Shown piece after piece: positions 15,101-27,100 of a stretch of 64,000 nt of DNA. A program made the position numbers and the translations under genes. Each line of letters opens with the position of its first letter. The stretch's first letter is position 1. Below the pieces are notes generated by a model, which saw only the letters and a program-made list of their open reading frames with translations, was not told the origin of the DNA and ran no database searches. Source of the stretch: Eledone cirrhosa (Eukaryota); the NCBI GenBank assembly GCA_964016885.1, contig OZ024744.1, forward strand, positions 30,442,001-30,506,000, in the 5' to 3' direction.

Positions 15101-18100
15101 CTGTGTTTGGACCAGGTGTTTATGAGAGATAGGGAGAGAGTTGGAAAGACGGAGGCAGTGATAGTGGGAGGTTGGTTCCTCTGTGTTTGGACCTGGTGTA
15201 TATGAGAGAGAGGGAGAGAGTGGGAGAGACGGAGGCAGTGATAGTGGGAGGTTGGTTCCTCTGTGTTTGGACCTGGTGTATATGAGAGATAGGGAGAGAG
15301 TGAGAGAGACGGAGGCAGTGATAGTGGGAGGTTGGTTCCTCTGTGTTTGGACCTGGTGTATATGTGAGACAGGGAGAGAGTGGGAGAGAGACGGAGGCAG
15401 TGACAGTGGGTGGTTGGTTCCTCTGTGTTTAGACCTTGTGTATATGAGAGATAGGGAGAGAGTGGGAGAGACGGAGGCAGTGACAGTGGGAGGTTGGTTC
15501 CTCTGTGTTTGGACCTGGTGTACATGAGAGATAGGGAGAGAGTGAGAGAGACGGAGGCAGTGACAATGGGAGGTTGGTTCCTCTGTGTTTGGACTTGGTG
15601 TATATGAGAGACAGGGAGAGTGGGAGAGATGGAGGCAGTGACAGTGGGAGGTTGGTTCCTCTGTGTTTAGACCTGGTGTATATGAGAGATAGGGAGAGAG
15701 TTGGAGAGACGGAGGCAGTGACAGTGGGAGGTTGGTTCCTCTGTGTTTGGACCTGGTGTATATGAGAGATAGGGAGAGAGTGGGAGAGACGGAGGCAGTG
15801 ACAGTGGGAGGTTGGTTCCTCTGTGTTTAGACCTGGTGTATATGAGTGATAGGGAGAGAGTGGGTGAGACGGAGGCAGTGATAGTGGGAGGTTGGTTCCT
15901 CTGTGTTTAGACCTGGTGTATATGAGAGATAGGGAGAGAGTGAGAGAGATGGAGGCAGTGACAGTGGGAGGTTGGTTCCTCTGTGTTTAGACCTGTTGTA
16001 AATGAGAGATTGGGAGAGAGTGGGAGAGACGTAGGCAGTGACAGCGGGAGGTTGGTTCCTCTGTGTTTGGACCTGGTATATATGAGAGAGAGGGAGTGAG
16101 TGGAAGAGATGGAGGCAGTGACAGCGGGAGGTGGGTTCTTCTGTGTTTGGATCTGGTGTATATGAGAGAGAGGGAGAGAGTGGAAGAGATGGAGGCAGTG
16201 ACAGCGGGAGGTTGGTTCCTCTGTGTTTGGATCTGGTGTATATGAGAGATAGGGAGAGAGTAGGAGAGATGGAGGCAGTGATAGTGGGAGGTTGGTTCCT
16301 CTGTGTTTAGACCTGGTGTATATGAGAGATAGGGAGAGAGTGGAAGAGACGTAGGCAGTGACAGCGGGAGGTTGGTTCCTCTGTGTTTGGACCTGGTATA
16401 TTTGAGAGAGAGTGAGAGAGTGGAAGAGATGGAGGCAGTGACAGCGGGAGGTTGGTTCCTCTGTGTTTGGATCTGGTGTATATGAGAGATAGGGAGAGAG
16501 TAGGAGAGACGGAGGCAGTGATAGTGGGAGGTTGGTTCCTCTGTGTTTAGACCTGGTGTATATGCGAGATAGGGAGAGAGTGAGATATGGAGGCAGTGAC
16601 AGTGGGTGGTTGGTTCCTCTGTGTTTAGACCTGGTGTATATGAGAGATAGGGAGAGAGTGAGAGAGACGGAGGCAGTGATAGTGGGAGGTTGGTTCCTCT
16701 GTGTTTGGACCTTGTGTATATGTGAGACAGGGAGAGAGTGGGAGAGAGACGGAGGCAGTGACAGTGGGTGGTTGGTTCCTCTGTGTTTAGACCTGGTGTA
16801 TATGAGAGATAGGGAGATAGTGAGAGAGAGACGGAGGCAGTGACAGTGGGTGGTTGGTTCCTCTGTGTTTGGACCTGGTGTATATGAGAGATAGGGAGAG
16901 AGTGGGAGAGATGGAGGCAGTGACAGTGGGAGGTTGGTTCCTCTGTGTTTGGACCTGGTGTACATGAGAGATAGGGAGAGAGTGGGAGAGATGGAGACAG
17001 TGACAGTGGGAGGTTGGTTCCTCTGTGTTTGGACCTGGTGTACATGAGAGATAGGGAGAGAGTGGAAGAGATGGAGGCAGTGACAGCGGGAGGTTGGTTC
17101 CTCTGTGTTTGGATCTGGTGTATATGAGAGAGAGGGAGAGAGTGGAAGAGATGGAGGCAGTGACAGCGGGAGGTTGGTTCCTCTGTGTTTGTATCTGGTG
17201 TATATGAGAGATAGGGAGAGAGTAGGAGAGACGGAGGCAGTGATAGTGGGAGGTTGGTTCCTCTGTGTTTAGACCTGGTGTATATGAGAGATAGGGAGAG
17301 AGTGAGATATGGAGGCAGTGACAGTGGGTGGTTGGTTCCTCTGTGTTTAGACCTGGTGTATATGAGAGATAGGGAGAGAGTGAGAGAGATGGAGACAGTG
17401 ACAGTGGGAGGTTGGTTCCTCTGTGTTTGGACCTGGTGTATATGAGAGATAGGGAGAGAGTGGGAGAGATGGAGGCAGTGACAGTGGGAGGTTGGTTCCT
17501 CTGTGTTTGGACCTGGTGTATATGAGAGATAGGGAGAGAGTGGGAGAGATGTGGTCAGTGACAGTGGGAGGTTGGTTCCTCTGTGTTTGGACCTGGTGTA
17601 TATGAGAGATAGGGAGAGAGTGGGAGAGATGGAGACAGTGACAGTGGGAGGTTGGTTCCTCTGTGTTTAGACCTGGTGTATATGAGAGATAGGGAGAGAG
17701 TGAGAGAGATGGAGACAGTGACAGTGGGAGGTTGGTTCCTCTGTGTTTGGACCTGGTGTATATGAGAGAGAGGGAGAGAGTGGGAGAGACGGAGGCAGTG
17801 ATAGTGGGAGGTTGGTTCCTCTGTGTTTGGACCTGGTGTATATGAGAGATAGGGAGAGAGTAGGAGAGACGGAGGCAGTGATAGTGGGAGGTTGGTTCCT
17901 CTGTGTTTAGACCTGGTGTATATGAGAGATAGGGAGAGAGTGAGATATGGAGGCAGTGACAGTGGGTGGTTGGTTCCTCTGTGTTTAGACCTGGTGTATA
18001 TGTGAGATAGGGAGAGAGTGAGAGAGACGGAGGCAGTGATAGTGGGAGGTTGGTTCCTCTGTGTTTGGACCTTGTGTATATGTGAGACAGGGAGAGAGTG

Positions 18101-21100
18101 GGAGAGAGACGGAGGCAGTGACAGTGGGTGGTTGGTTCCTCTGTGTTTAGACCTGGTGTATATGAGAGATAGGGAGATAGTGAGAGAGAGACGGAGGCAG
18201 TGACAGTGGGTGGTTGGTTCCTCTGTGTTTGGACCTGGTGTATATGAGAGATAGGGAGAGTGGGAGAGACAGAGGCAGTGACAGTGGGAGGTTGGTTCCT
18301 CTGTGTTTGGACCTGGTGTATATGAGAGATAGGGAGAGAGTGGGAGAGATGGAGGCAGTGACAGTGGGAGGTTGGTTCCTCTGTGTTGGGACCTGGTGTA
18401 CATGAGAGATAGGGAGAGAGTGGGAGAGATGGAGACAGTGACAGTGGGAGGTTGGTTCCTCTGTGTTTGGACCTGGTGTATATGAGAGATAGGGAGAGAG
18501 TGGGAGAGATGGAGGCAGTGACAGTGGGAGGTTGGTTCCTCTGTGTTTGGACCTGGTGTATATGAGAGATAGGGAGAGAGTGGGAGAGATGTGGTCAGTG
18601 ACAGTGGGAGGTTGGTTCCTCTGTGTTTGGACCTGGTGTATATGAGAGATAGTGAGAGAGTGGGAGAGATGTGGTCAGTGACAGTGGGAGGTTGGTACCT
18701 CTGTGTTTGGACCAGGTGTTTATGAGAGATAGGGAGAGAGTTGGAAAGACGGAGACAGTGACAGTGGGTGGTTGGTTCCTCTGTGTTTGGACCTGGTGTA
18801 TATGAGAGAGAGGGAGAGAGTGGGAGAGACGGAGGCAGTGATAGTGGGAGGTTGGTTCCTCTGTGTTTGGACCTGGTGTATATGAGAGATGGGGAGAGAG
18901 TGAGAGAGACGGAGGCAGTGATAGTGGGAGGTTGGTTCCTCTGTGTTTGGACCTGGTGTATATGTGAGACAGGGAGAGAGTGGGAGAGAGACGGAGGCAG
19001 TGACAGTGGGTGGTTGGTTCCTCTGTGTTTAGACCTGGTGTATATGAGAGATAGGGAGAGAGTGGGAGAGACGGAGGCAGTGACTGTGGGAGGTTGGTTC
19101 CTCTGTGTTTGGATCTGGTTTATATGAGAGATAGGGAGAGAGTGGGAGAGACGGAGGCAGTGACAGTGGGAGGTTGGTTCCTCTGTGTTTGGACTTGGTG
19201 TATATGAGAGACAGGGAGAGTGGGAGAGATGGAGGCAGTGACAGTGGGAGGTTGGTTCCTCTGTGTTTGGACCTGGTGTACATGAGAGATAGGGAGAGAG
19301 TGAGAGAGACGGAGGCAGTGACAATGGGAGGTTGGTTCCTCTGTGTTTGGACTTGGTGTATATGAGAGACAGGGAGAGTGGGAGAGATGGAGGCAGTGAC
19401 AGTGGGAGGTTGGTTCCTCTGTGTTTAGACCTGGTGTATATGAGAGATAGGGAGAGAGTGGGAGAGACGGAGGCAGTGACTGTGGGAGGTTGGTTCCTCT
19501 GTGTTTGGATCTGGTTTATATGAGAGATAGGGAGAGAGTGGGAGAGACGGAGGCAGTGACAGTGGGAGGTTGGTTCCTCTGTGTTTGGACCTGGTGTACA
19601 TGAGAGATAGGGAGAGAGTGAGAGAGACGGAGGCAGTGACAATGGGAGGTTGGTTCCTCTGTGTTTGGACTTGGTGTATATGAGAGACAGGGAGAGTGGG
19701 AGAGATGGAGGCAGTGACAGTGGTAGGTTGGTTCCTCTGTGTTTAGACCTGGTGTATATGAGAGATAGGGAGAGAGTGAGAGAGACTGAGGCAGTGACAG
19801 CGGGAGGTTGGTTCCTCTGTGTTTGGACCTGGTGTATATGAGAGATAGGGAGAGAGTGGGAGAGATGGAGGCAGTGACAGTTGGAGGTTGGTTCCTCTGT
19901 GTTTGGACCTGGTGTATATGAGAGATAGTGAGAGAGTGGGAGAGATGTGGTCAGTGACAGTGGGAGGTTTGTACCTCTGTGTTTGGACCAGGCGTTTATG
20001 AGAGATAGGGAGAGAGTAGGAAAGACGGAGACAGTGACAGTGGGTGGTTGGTTCCTCTGTGTTTGGACCTGGTGTATATGAGAGAGAGGGAGAGAGTGGG
20101 AGAGACGGAGGCAGTGATAGTGGGAGGTTGGTTCCTCTGTGTTTGGACCTGGTGTATATGAGAGATAGGGAGAGAGTGAGAGAGACGGAGGCAGTGATAG
20201 TGGGAGGTTGGTTCCTCTGTGTTTGGACCTGGTGTATATGTGAGACAGGGAGAGAGTGGGAGAGAGACGGAGGCAGTGACAGTGGGTGGTTGGTTCCTCT
20301 GTGTTTAGACCTGGTGTATATGAGAGATAGGGAGATAGTGGGAGAGACGGAGGCAGTGACTGTGGGAGGTTGGTTCCTCTGTGTTTGGATCTGGTGTATA
20401 TGAGAGATAGGGAGAGAGTGGGAGAGACGGAGGCAGTGACAGTGGGAGGTTGGTTCCTCTGTGTTTGGACCTGGTGTACATGAGAGATAGGGAGAGAGTG
20501 AGAGAGACGGAGGCAGTGACAATGGGAGGTTGGTTCCTCTGTGTTTGGACTTGGTGTATATGAGAGACGGGGAGAGTGGGAGAGATGGAGGCAGTGACAG
20601 TGGGAGGTTGGTTCCTCTGTGTTTAGACCTGGTTTATATGAGAGATAGGGAGAGAGTGAGAGAGACTGAGGCAGTGACAGCGGGAGGTTGGTTCCTCTGT
20701 GTTTGGACCTGGTGTATATGAGAGATAGGGAGAGAGTGGGAGAGATGGAGGCAGTGACAGTGGGAGGTTGGTTCCTCTGTGTTTGGCCCTGGTGTATATG
20801 AGAGATAGGGAGAGAGTGGGAGAGATGTGGTCAGTGACAGTGGGAGGTTGGTTCCTCTGTGTTTGGACCTGGTGTATATGAGAGATAGGGAGAGAGTGGG
20901 AGAGATGTGGTCAGTGACAGTGGGAGGTTGGTTCCTCTGTGTTTGGACCTGGTGTATATGAGAGATAGTGAGAGAGTGGGAGAGATGTGGTCAGTGACAG
21001 TGGGAGGTTGGTACCTCTGTGTTTGGACCAGGTGTTTATGAGAGATAGGGAGTGAGTTGGAAAGACGGAGACAGTGACAGTGGGTGGTTGGTTCCTCTGT

Positions 21101-21440
21101 GTTTGGACCTGGTGTATATGAGAGAGAGGGAGAGAGTGGGAGAGACGGAGGCAGTGATAGTGGGAGGTTGGTTCCTCTGTGTTTGGACCTGGTGTATATG
21201 AGAGATAGGGAGAGAGTAGGAGAGACGGAGGCAGTGATAGTGGGAGGTTGGTTCCTCTGTGTTTAGACCTGGTGTATATGAGAGATAGGGAGAGAGTGAG
21301 ATATGGAGGCAGTGACAGTGGGTGGTTGGTTCCTCTGTGTTTAGACCTGGTGTATATGTGAGATAGGGAGAGAGTGAGAGAGACGGAGGCAGTGATAGTG
21401 GGAGGTTGGTTCCTCTGTGTTTGGACCTTGTGTATATGTG
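175..21440. repeat. Higher-order tandem duplication of ~10,690 bp within the 80-bp satellite (~175-10750 vs ~10865-21440)
   Basis: Near-identical ORF-track translations recur at a constant offset of 10,690 (616/11306, 995/11685, 3137/13827, 5217/15907, 9053/19743, 10394/21084). Rare variants are shared, e.g. 'aggttaattc' ~1531/12221 and a 6-bp deletion monomer ~1760/12450. Confidence 0.93.
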
Positions 21441-24150
21441 AGACAGGGAGAGAGTGGGAGAGAGACGGAGGCAGTGACAGTGGGTGGTTGGTTCCTCTGT
21501 GTTTAGACCTGGTGTATATGAGAGATAGGGAGATAGTGAGAGAGAGACGGAGGCAGTGACAGTGGGTGGTTGGTTCCTCTGTGTTTGGACCTGGTGTATA
21601 TGAGAGATAGGGAGAGTGGGAGAGACAGAGGCAGTGACAGTGGGAGGTTGGTTCCTCTGTGTTTGGACCTGGTGTATATGAGAGATAGGGAGAGAGTGGG
21701 AGAGATGGAGGCAGTGACAGTGGGAGGTTGGTTCCTCTGTGTTGGGACCTGGTGTACATGAGAGATAGGGAGAGAGTGGGAGAGATGGAGACAGTGACAG
21801 TGGGAGGTTGGTTCCTCTGTGTTTGGACCTGGTGTATATGAGAGATAGGGAGAGAGTGGGAGAGATGGAGGCAGTGACAGTGGGAGGTTGGTTCCTCTGT
21901 GTTTGGACCTGGTGTATATGAGAGATAGGGAGAGAGTGGGAGAGATGTGGTCAGTGACAGTGGGAGGTTGGTTCCTCTGTGTTTGGACCTGGTGTATATG
22001 AGAGATAGTGAGAGAGTGGGAGAGATGTGGTCAGTGACAGTGGGAGGTTGGTACCTCTGTGTTTGGACCAGGTGTTTATGAGAGATAGGGAGAGAGTTGG
22101 AAAGACGGAGACAGTGACAGTGGGTGGTTGGTTCCTCTGTGTTTGGACCTGGTGTATATGAGAGAGAGGGAGAGAGTGGGAGAGACGGAGGCAGTGATAG
22201 TGGGAGGTTGGTTCCTCTGTGTTTGGACCTGGTGTATATGAGAGATGGGGAGAGAGTGAGAGAGACGGAGGCAGTGATAGTGGGAGGTTGGTTCCTCTGT
22301 GTTTGGACCTGGTGTATATGTGAGACAGGGAGAGAGTGGGAGAGAGACGGAGGCAGTGACAGTGGGTGGTTGGTTCCTCTGTGTTTAGACCTGGTGTATA
22401 TGAGAGATAGGGAGAGAGTGGGAGAGACGGAGGCAGTGACTGTGGGAGGTTGGTTCCTCTGTGTTTGGATCTGGTTTATATGAGAGATAGGGAGAGAGTG
22501 GGAGAGACGGAGGCAGTGACAGTGGGAGGTTGGTTCCTCTGTGTTTGGACTTGGTGTATATGAGAGACAGGGAGAGTGGGAGAGATGGAGGCAGTGACAG
22601 TGGGAGGTTGGTTCCTCTGTGTTTGGACCTGGTGTACATGAGAGATAGGGAGAGAGTGAGAGAGACGGAGGCAGTGACAATGGGAGGTTGGTTCCTCTGT
22701 GTTTGGACTTGGTGTATATGAGAGACAGGGAGAGTGGGAGAGATGGAGGCAGTGACAGTGGGAGGTTGGTTCCTCTGTGTTTAGACCTGGTGTATATGAG
22801 AGATAGGGAGAGAGTGGGAGAGACGGAGGCAGTGACTGTGGGAGGTTGGTTCCTCTGTGTTTGGATCTGGTTTATATGAGAGATAGGGAGAGAGTGGGAG
22901 AGACGGAGGCAGTGACAGTGGGAGGTTGGTTCCTCTGTGTTTGGACCTGGTGTACATGAGAGATAGGGAGAGAGTGAGAGAGACGGAGGCAGTGACAATG
23001 GGAGGTTGGTTCCTCTGTGTTTGGACTTGGTGTATATGAGAGACAGGGAGAGTGGGAGAGATGGAGGCAGTGACAGTGGTAGGTTGGTTCCTCTGTGTTT
23101 AGACCTGGTGTATATGAGAGATAGGGAGAGAGTGAGAGAGACTGAGGCAGTGACAGCGGGAGGTTGGTTCCTCTGTGTTTGGACCTGGTGTATATGAGAG
23201 ATAGGGAGAGAGTGGGAGAGATGGAGGCAGTGACAGTTGGAGGTTGGTTCCTCTGTGTTTGGACCTGGTGTATATGAGAGATAGTGAGAGAGTGGGAGAG
23301 ATGTGGTCAGTGACAGTGGGAGGTTTGTACCTCTGTGTTTGGACCAGGCGTTTATGAGAGATAGGGAGAGAGTAGGAAAGACGGAGACAGTGACAGTGGG
23401 TGGTTGGTTCCTCTGTGTTTGGACCTGGTGTATATGAGAGAGAGGGAGAGAGTGGGAGAGACGGAGGCAGTGATAGTGGGAGGTTGGTTCCTCTGTGTTT
23501 GGACCTGGTGTATATGAGAGATAGGGAGAGAGTGAGAGAGACGGAGGCAGTGATAGTGGGAGGTTGGTTCCTCTGTGTTTGGACCTGGTGTATATGTGAG
23601 ACAGGGAGAGAGTGGGAGAGAGACGGAGGCAGTGACAGTGGGTGGTTGGTTCCTCTGTGTTTAGACCTGGTGTATATGAGAGATAGGGAGATAGTGGGAG
23701 AGACGGAGGCAGTGACTGTGGGAGGTTGGTTCCTCTGTGTTTGGATCTGGTGTATATGAGAGATAGGGAGAGAGTGGGAGAGACGGAGGCAGTGACAGTG
23801 GGAGGTTGGTTCCTCTGTGTTTGGACCTGGTGTACATGAGAGATAGGGAGAGAGTGAGAGAGACGGAGGCAGTGACAATGGGAGGTTGGTTCCTCTGTGT
23901 TTGGACTTGGTGTATATGAGAGACGGGGAGAGTGGGAGAGATGGAGGCAGTGACAGTGGGAGGTTGGTTCCTCTGTGTTTAGACCTGGTTTATATGAGAG
24001 ATAGGGAGAGAGTGAGAGAGACTGAGGCAGTGACAGCGGGAGGTTGGTTCCTCTGTGTTTGGACCTGGTGTATATGAGAGATAGGGAGAGAGTGGGAGAG
24101 ATGGAGGCAGTGACAGTGGGAGGTTGGTTCCTCTGTATTTGGCCCTGGTG
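17760..24150. repeat. Higher-order duplication of 3,356 bp (~42 monomers)
   Basis: Constant offset of 3,356 between matching ORF-track entries (18018/21374, 18768/22124, 19743/23099, 20530/23886). Boundaries approximate. Confidence 0.88.
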
Positions 24151-27100
24151 TATATGAGAGATAGGGAGAGAGTGGGAGAGATGTGGTCAGTGACAGTGGG
24201 AGGTTGGTTCCTCTGTGTTTGGACCTGGTGTATATGCGAGAGAGGGAGAGAGTGGGTGATACGGAGTCAGTGATAGTGGGAGGTTGGTTCCTCTGTGTTT
24301 GGACCTGGTGTATATGAGAGATAGGGAGAGAGTGAGATATGGAGGCAGTGACAGTGGGAGGTTGGTTCCTCTGTGTTTAGACCTGGTGTATATGAGAGAT
24401 AGGGAGAGAGTGAGATATGGAGGCAGTGACAGCGGGAGGTTGGTTCCTCTGTGTTTAGACCTGGTGTATATGGGAGATAGGGAAAGAGTGAGATATGAAG
24501 GCAGTGACAGTGGAAGGTTGGTTCCTCTGTGTTTAGACCTGGTGTATATGGGAGATAGAGAGAGAGTGAGATATGGAGGCAGTGACAGTGGGAGGTTGGT
24601 TCCTCTGTGTTTAGACCTGGTGTATATGGGAGATAGGGAGAGAGTGAGATATGGAGGCAGTGACAGTGGGAGGTCGGTTCCTCTGTGTTTGGACCTGGTG
24701 TATATGAGAGATAGGGGGAGAGTGAGAGAGACGTAGGCAGTGACAGTGTGAGGTTGGTTCCTCTGTGTTTAGACCTGGTGTATATGAGTGATAGGGAGTG
24801 AGTGAGAGACGGAGGCAGTGACAGTGGGAGGTTGGTTCCTCTGTGTTTGGACCTGGTGTATATGAGAGATAGGGAGAGAGTGGGAGAGATGGAGGCAGTG
24901 ACAGTTGGAGGTTGGTTCCTCTGTGTTTGGACCTGGTGTATATGAGAGATAGTGAGAGAGTGGGAGAGATGTGGTCAGTGACAGTGGGAGGTTTGTACCT
25001 CTGTGTTTGGACCAGGCGTTTATGAGAGATAGGGAGAGAGTAGGAAAGACGGAGACAGTGACAGTGGGTGGTTGGTTCCTCTGTGTTTGGACCTGGTGTA
25101 TATGAGAGAGAGGGAGAGAGTGGGAGAGACGGAGGCAGTGATAGTGGGAGGTTGGTTCCTCTGTGTTTGGACCTGGTGTATATGAGAGATAGGGAGAGAG
25201 TGAGAGAGACGGAGGCAGTGATAGTGGGAGGTTGGTTCCTCTGTGTTTGGACCTGGTGTATATGTGAGACAGGGAGAGAGTGGGAGAGAGACGGAGGCAG
25301 TGACAGTGGGTGGTTGGTTCCTCTGTGTTTAGACCTGGTGTATATGAGAGATAGGGAGATAGTGGGAGAGACGGAGGCAGTGACTGTGGGAGGTTGGTTC
25401 CTCTGTGTTTGGATCTGGTGTATATGAGAGATAGGGAGAGAGTGGGAGAGACGGAGGCAGTGACAGTGGGAGGTTGGTTCCTCTGTGTTTGGACCTGGTG
25501 TACATGAGAGATAGGGAGAGAGTGAGAGAGACGGAGGCAGTGACAATGGGAGGTTGGTTCCTCTGTGTTTGGACTTGGTGTATATGAGAGACGGGGAGAG
25601 TGGGAGAGATGGAGGCAGTGACAGTGGGAGGTTGGTTCCTCTGTGTTTAGACCTGGTTTATATGAGAGATAGGGAGAGAGTGAGAGAGACTGAGGCAGTG
25701 ACAGCGGGAGGTTGGTTCCTCTGTGTTTGGACCTGGTGTATATGAGAGATAGGGAGAGAGTGGGAGAGATGGAGGCAGTGACAGTGGGAGGTTGGTTCCT
25801 CTGTATTTGGCCCTGGTGTATATGAGAGATAGGGAGAGAGTGGGAGAGATGTGGTCAGTGACAGTGGGAGGTTGGTTCCTCTGTGTTTGGACCTGGTGTA
25901 TATGCGAGAGAGGGAGAGAGTGGGTGATACGGAGTCAGTGATAGTGGGAGGTTGGTTCCTCTGTGTTTGGACCTGGTGTATATGAGAGATAGGGAGAGAG
26001 TGAGATATGGAGGCAGTGACAGTGGGAGGTTGGTTCCTCTGTGTTTAGACCTGGTGTATATGAGAGATAGGGAGAGAGTGAGATATGGAGGCAGTGACAG
26101 CGGGAGGTTGGTTCCTCTGTGTTTAGACCTGGTGTATATGGGAGATAGGGAAAGAGTGAGATATGAAGGCAGTGACAGTGGAAGGTTGGTTCCTCTGTGT
26201 TTAGACCTGGTGTATATGGGAGATAGAGAGAGAGTGAGATATGGAGGCAGTGACAGTGGGAGGTTGGTTCCTCTGTGTTTAGACCTGGTGTATATGGGAG
26301 ATAGGGAGAGAGTGAGATATGGAGGCAGTGACAGTGGGAGGTCGGTTCCTCTGTGTTTGGACCTGGTGTATATGAGAGATAGGGGGAGAGTGAGAGAGAC
26401 GTAGGCAGTGACAGTGTGAGGTTGGTTCCTCTGTGTTTAGACCTGGTGTATATGAGTGATAGGGAGTGAGTGAGAGACGGAGGCAGTGACAGTGGGAGGT
26501 TGGTTCCTCTGTGTTTGGACCTGGTGTATATGAGAGATAGGGAGAGAGTGAGAGAGACGGAGGCAGTGACAGTGGGAGGTTGGTTCCTCTGTGTTTAGAC
26601 CTGGTGTATATGAGAGATAGGGAGAGAGTGAGAGAGACGTAGGCAGTGACAGTGGGAGGTTGGTTCCTCTGTGTTTAGACCTGGTGTATATGAGAGATAG
26701 GGAGAGAGTGAGAGAGACGGAGGCAGTGACAGTGGGAGGTTGGTTCCTCTGTGTTTGGACTTGTTGTATATGAGAGATAGGGAGAGAGTAGGAGAGACGG
26801 AAACAGTGACAGTGGGAGGTTGGTTCCTCTGTGTTTAGACCTGGTGTATATGAGAGATAGGTAGAGAGTGGGAGAGACGGAGGCAGTGACAGTGGGAGGT
26901 TGGTTCCTCTGTGTTTGGACCTGGTGTATATGAGAGATAGGGAGAGAGTGGGAGAGACGGAGGCAGTGACAGTGGGAGGTTGGTTCCTCTGTGTTTGGAC
27001 CTGGTGTATATGAGAGATAGGGAGAGAGTGGAAGAGATGGAGGCAGTGACAGCGGGAGGTTGGTTCCTCTGTGTTTGGATCTGGTGTATATGAGAGATAG

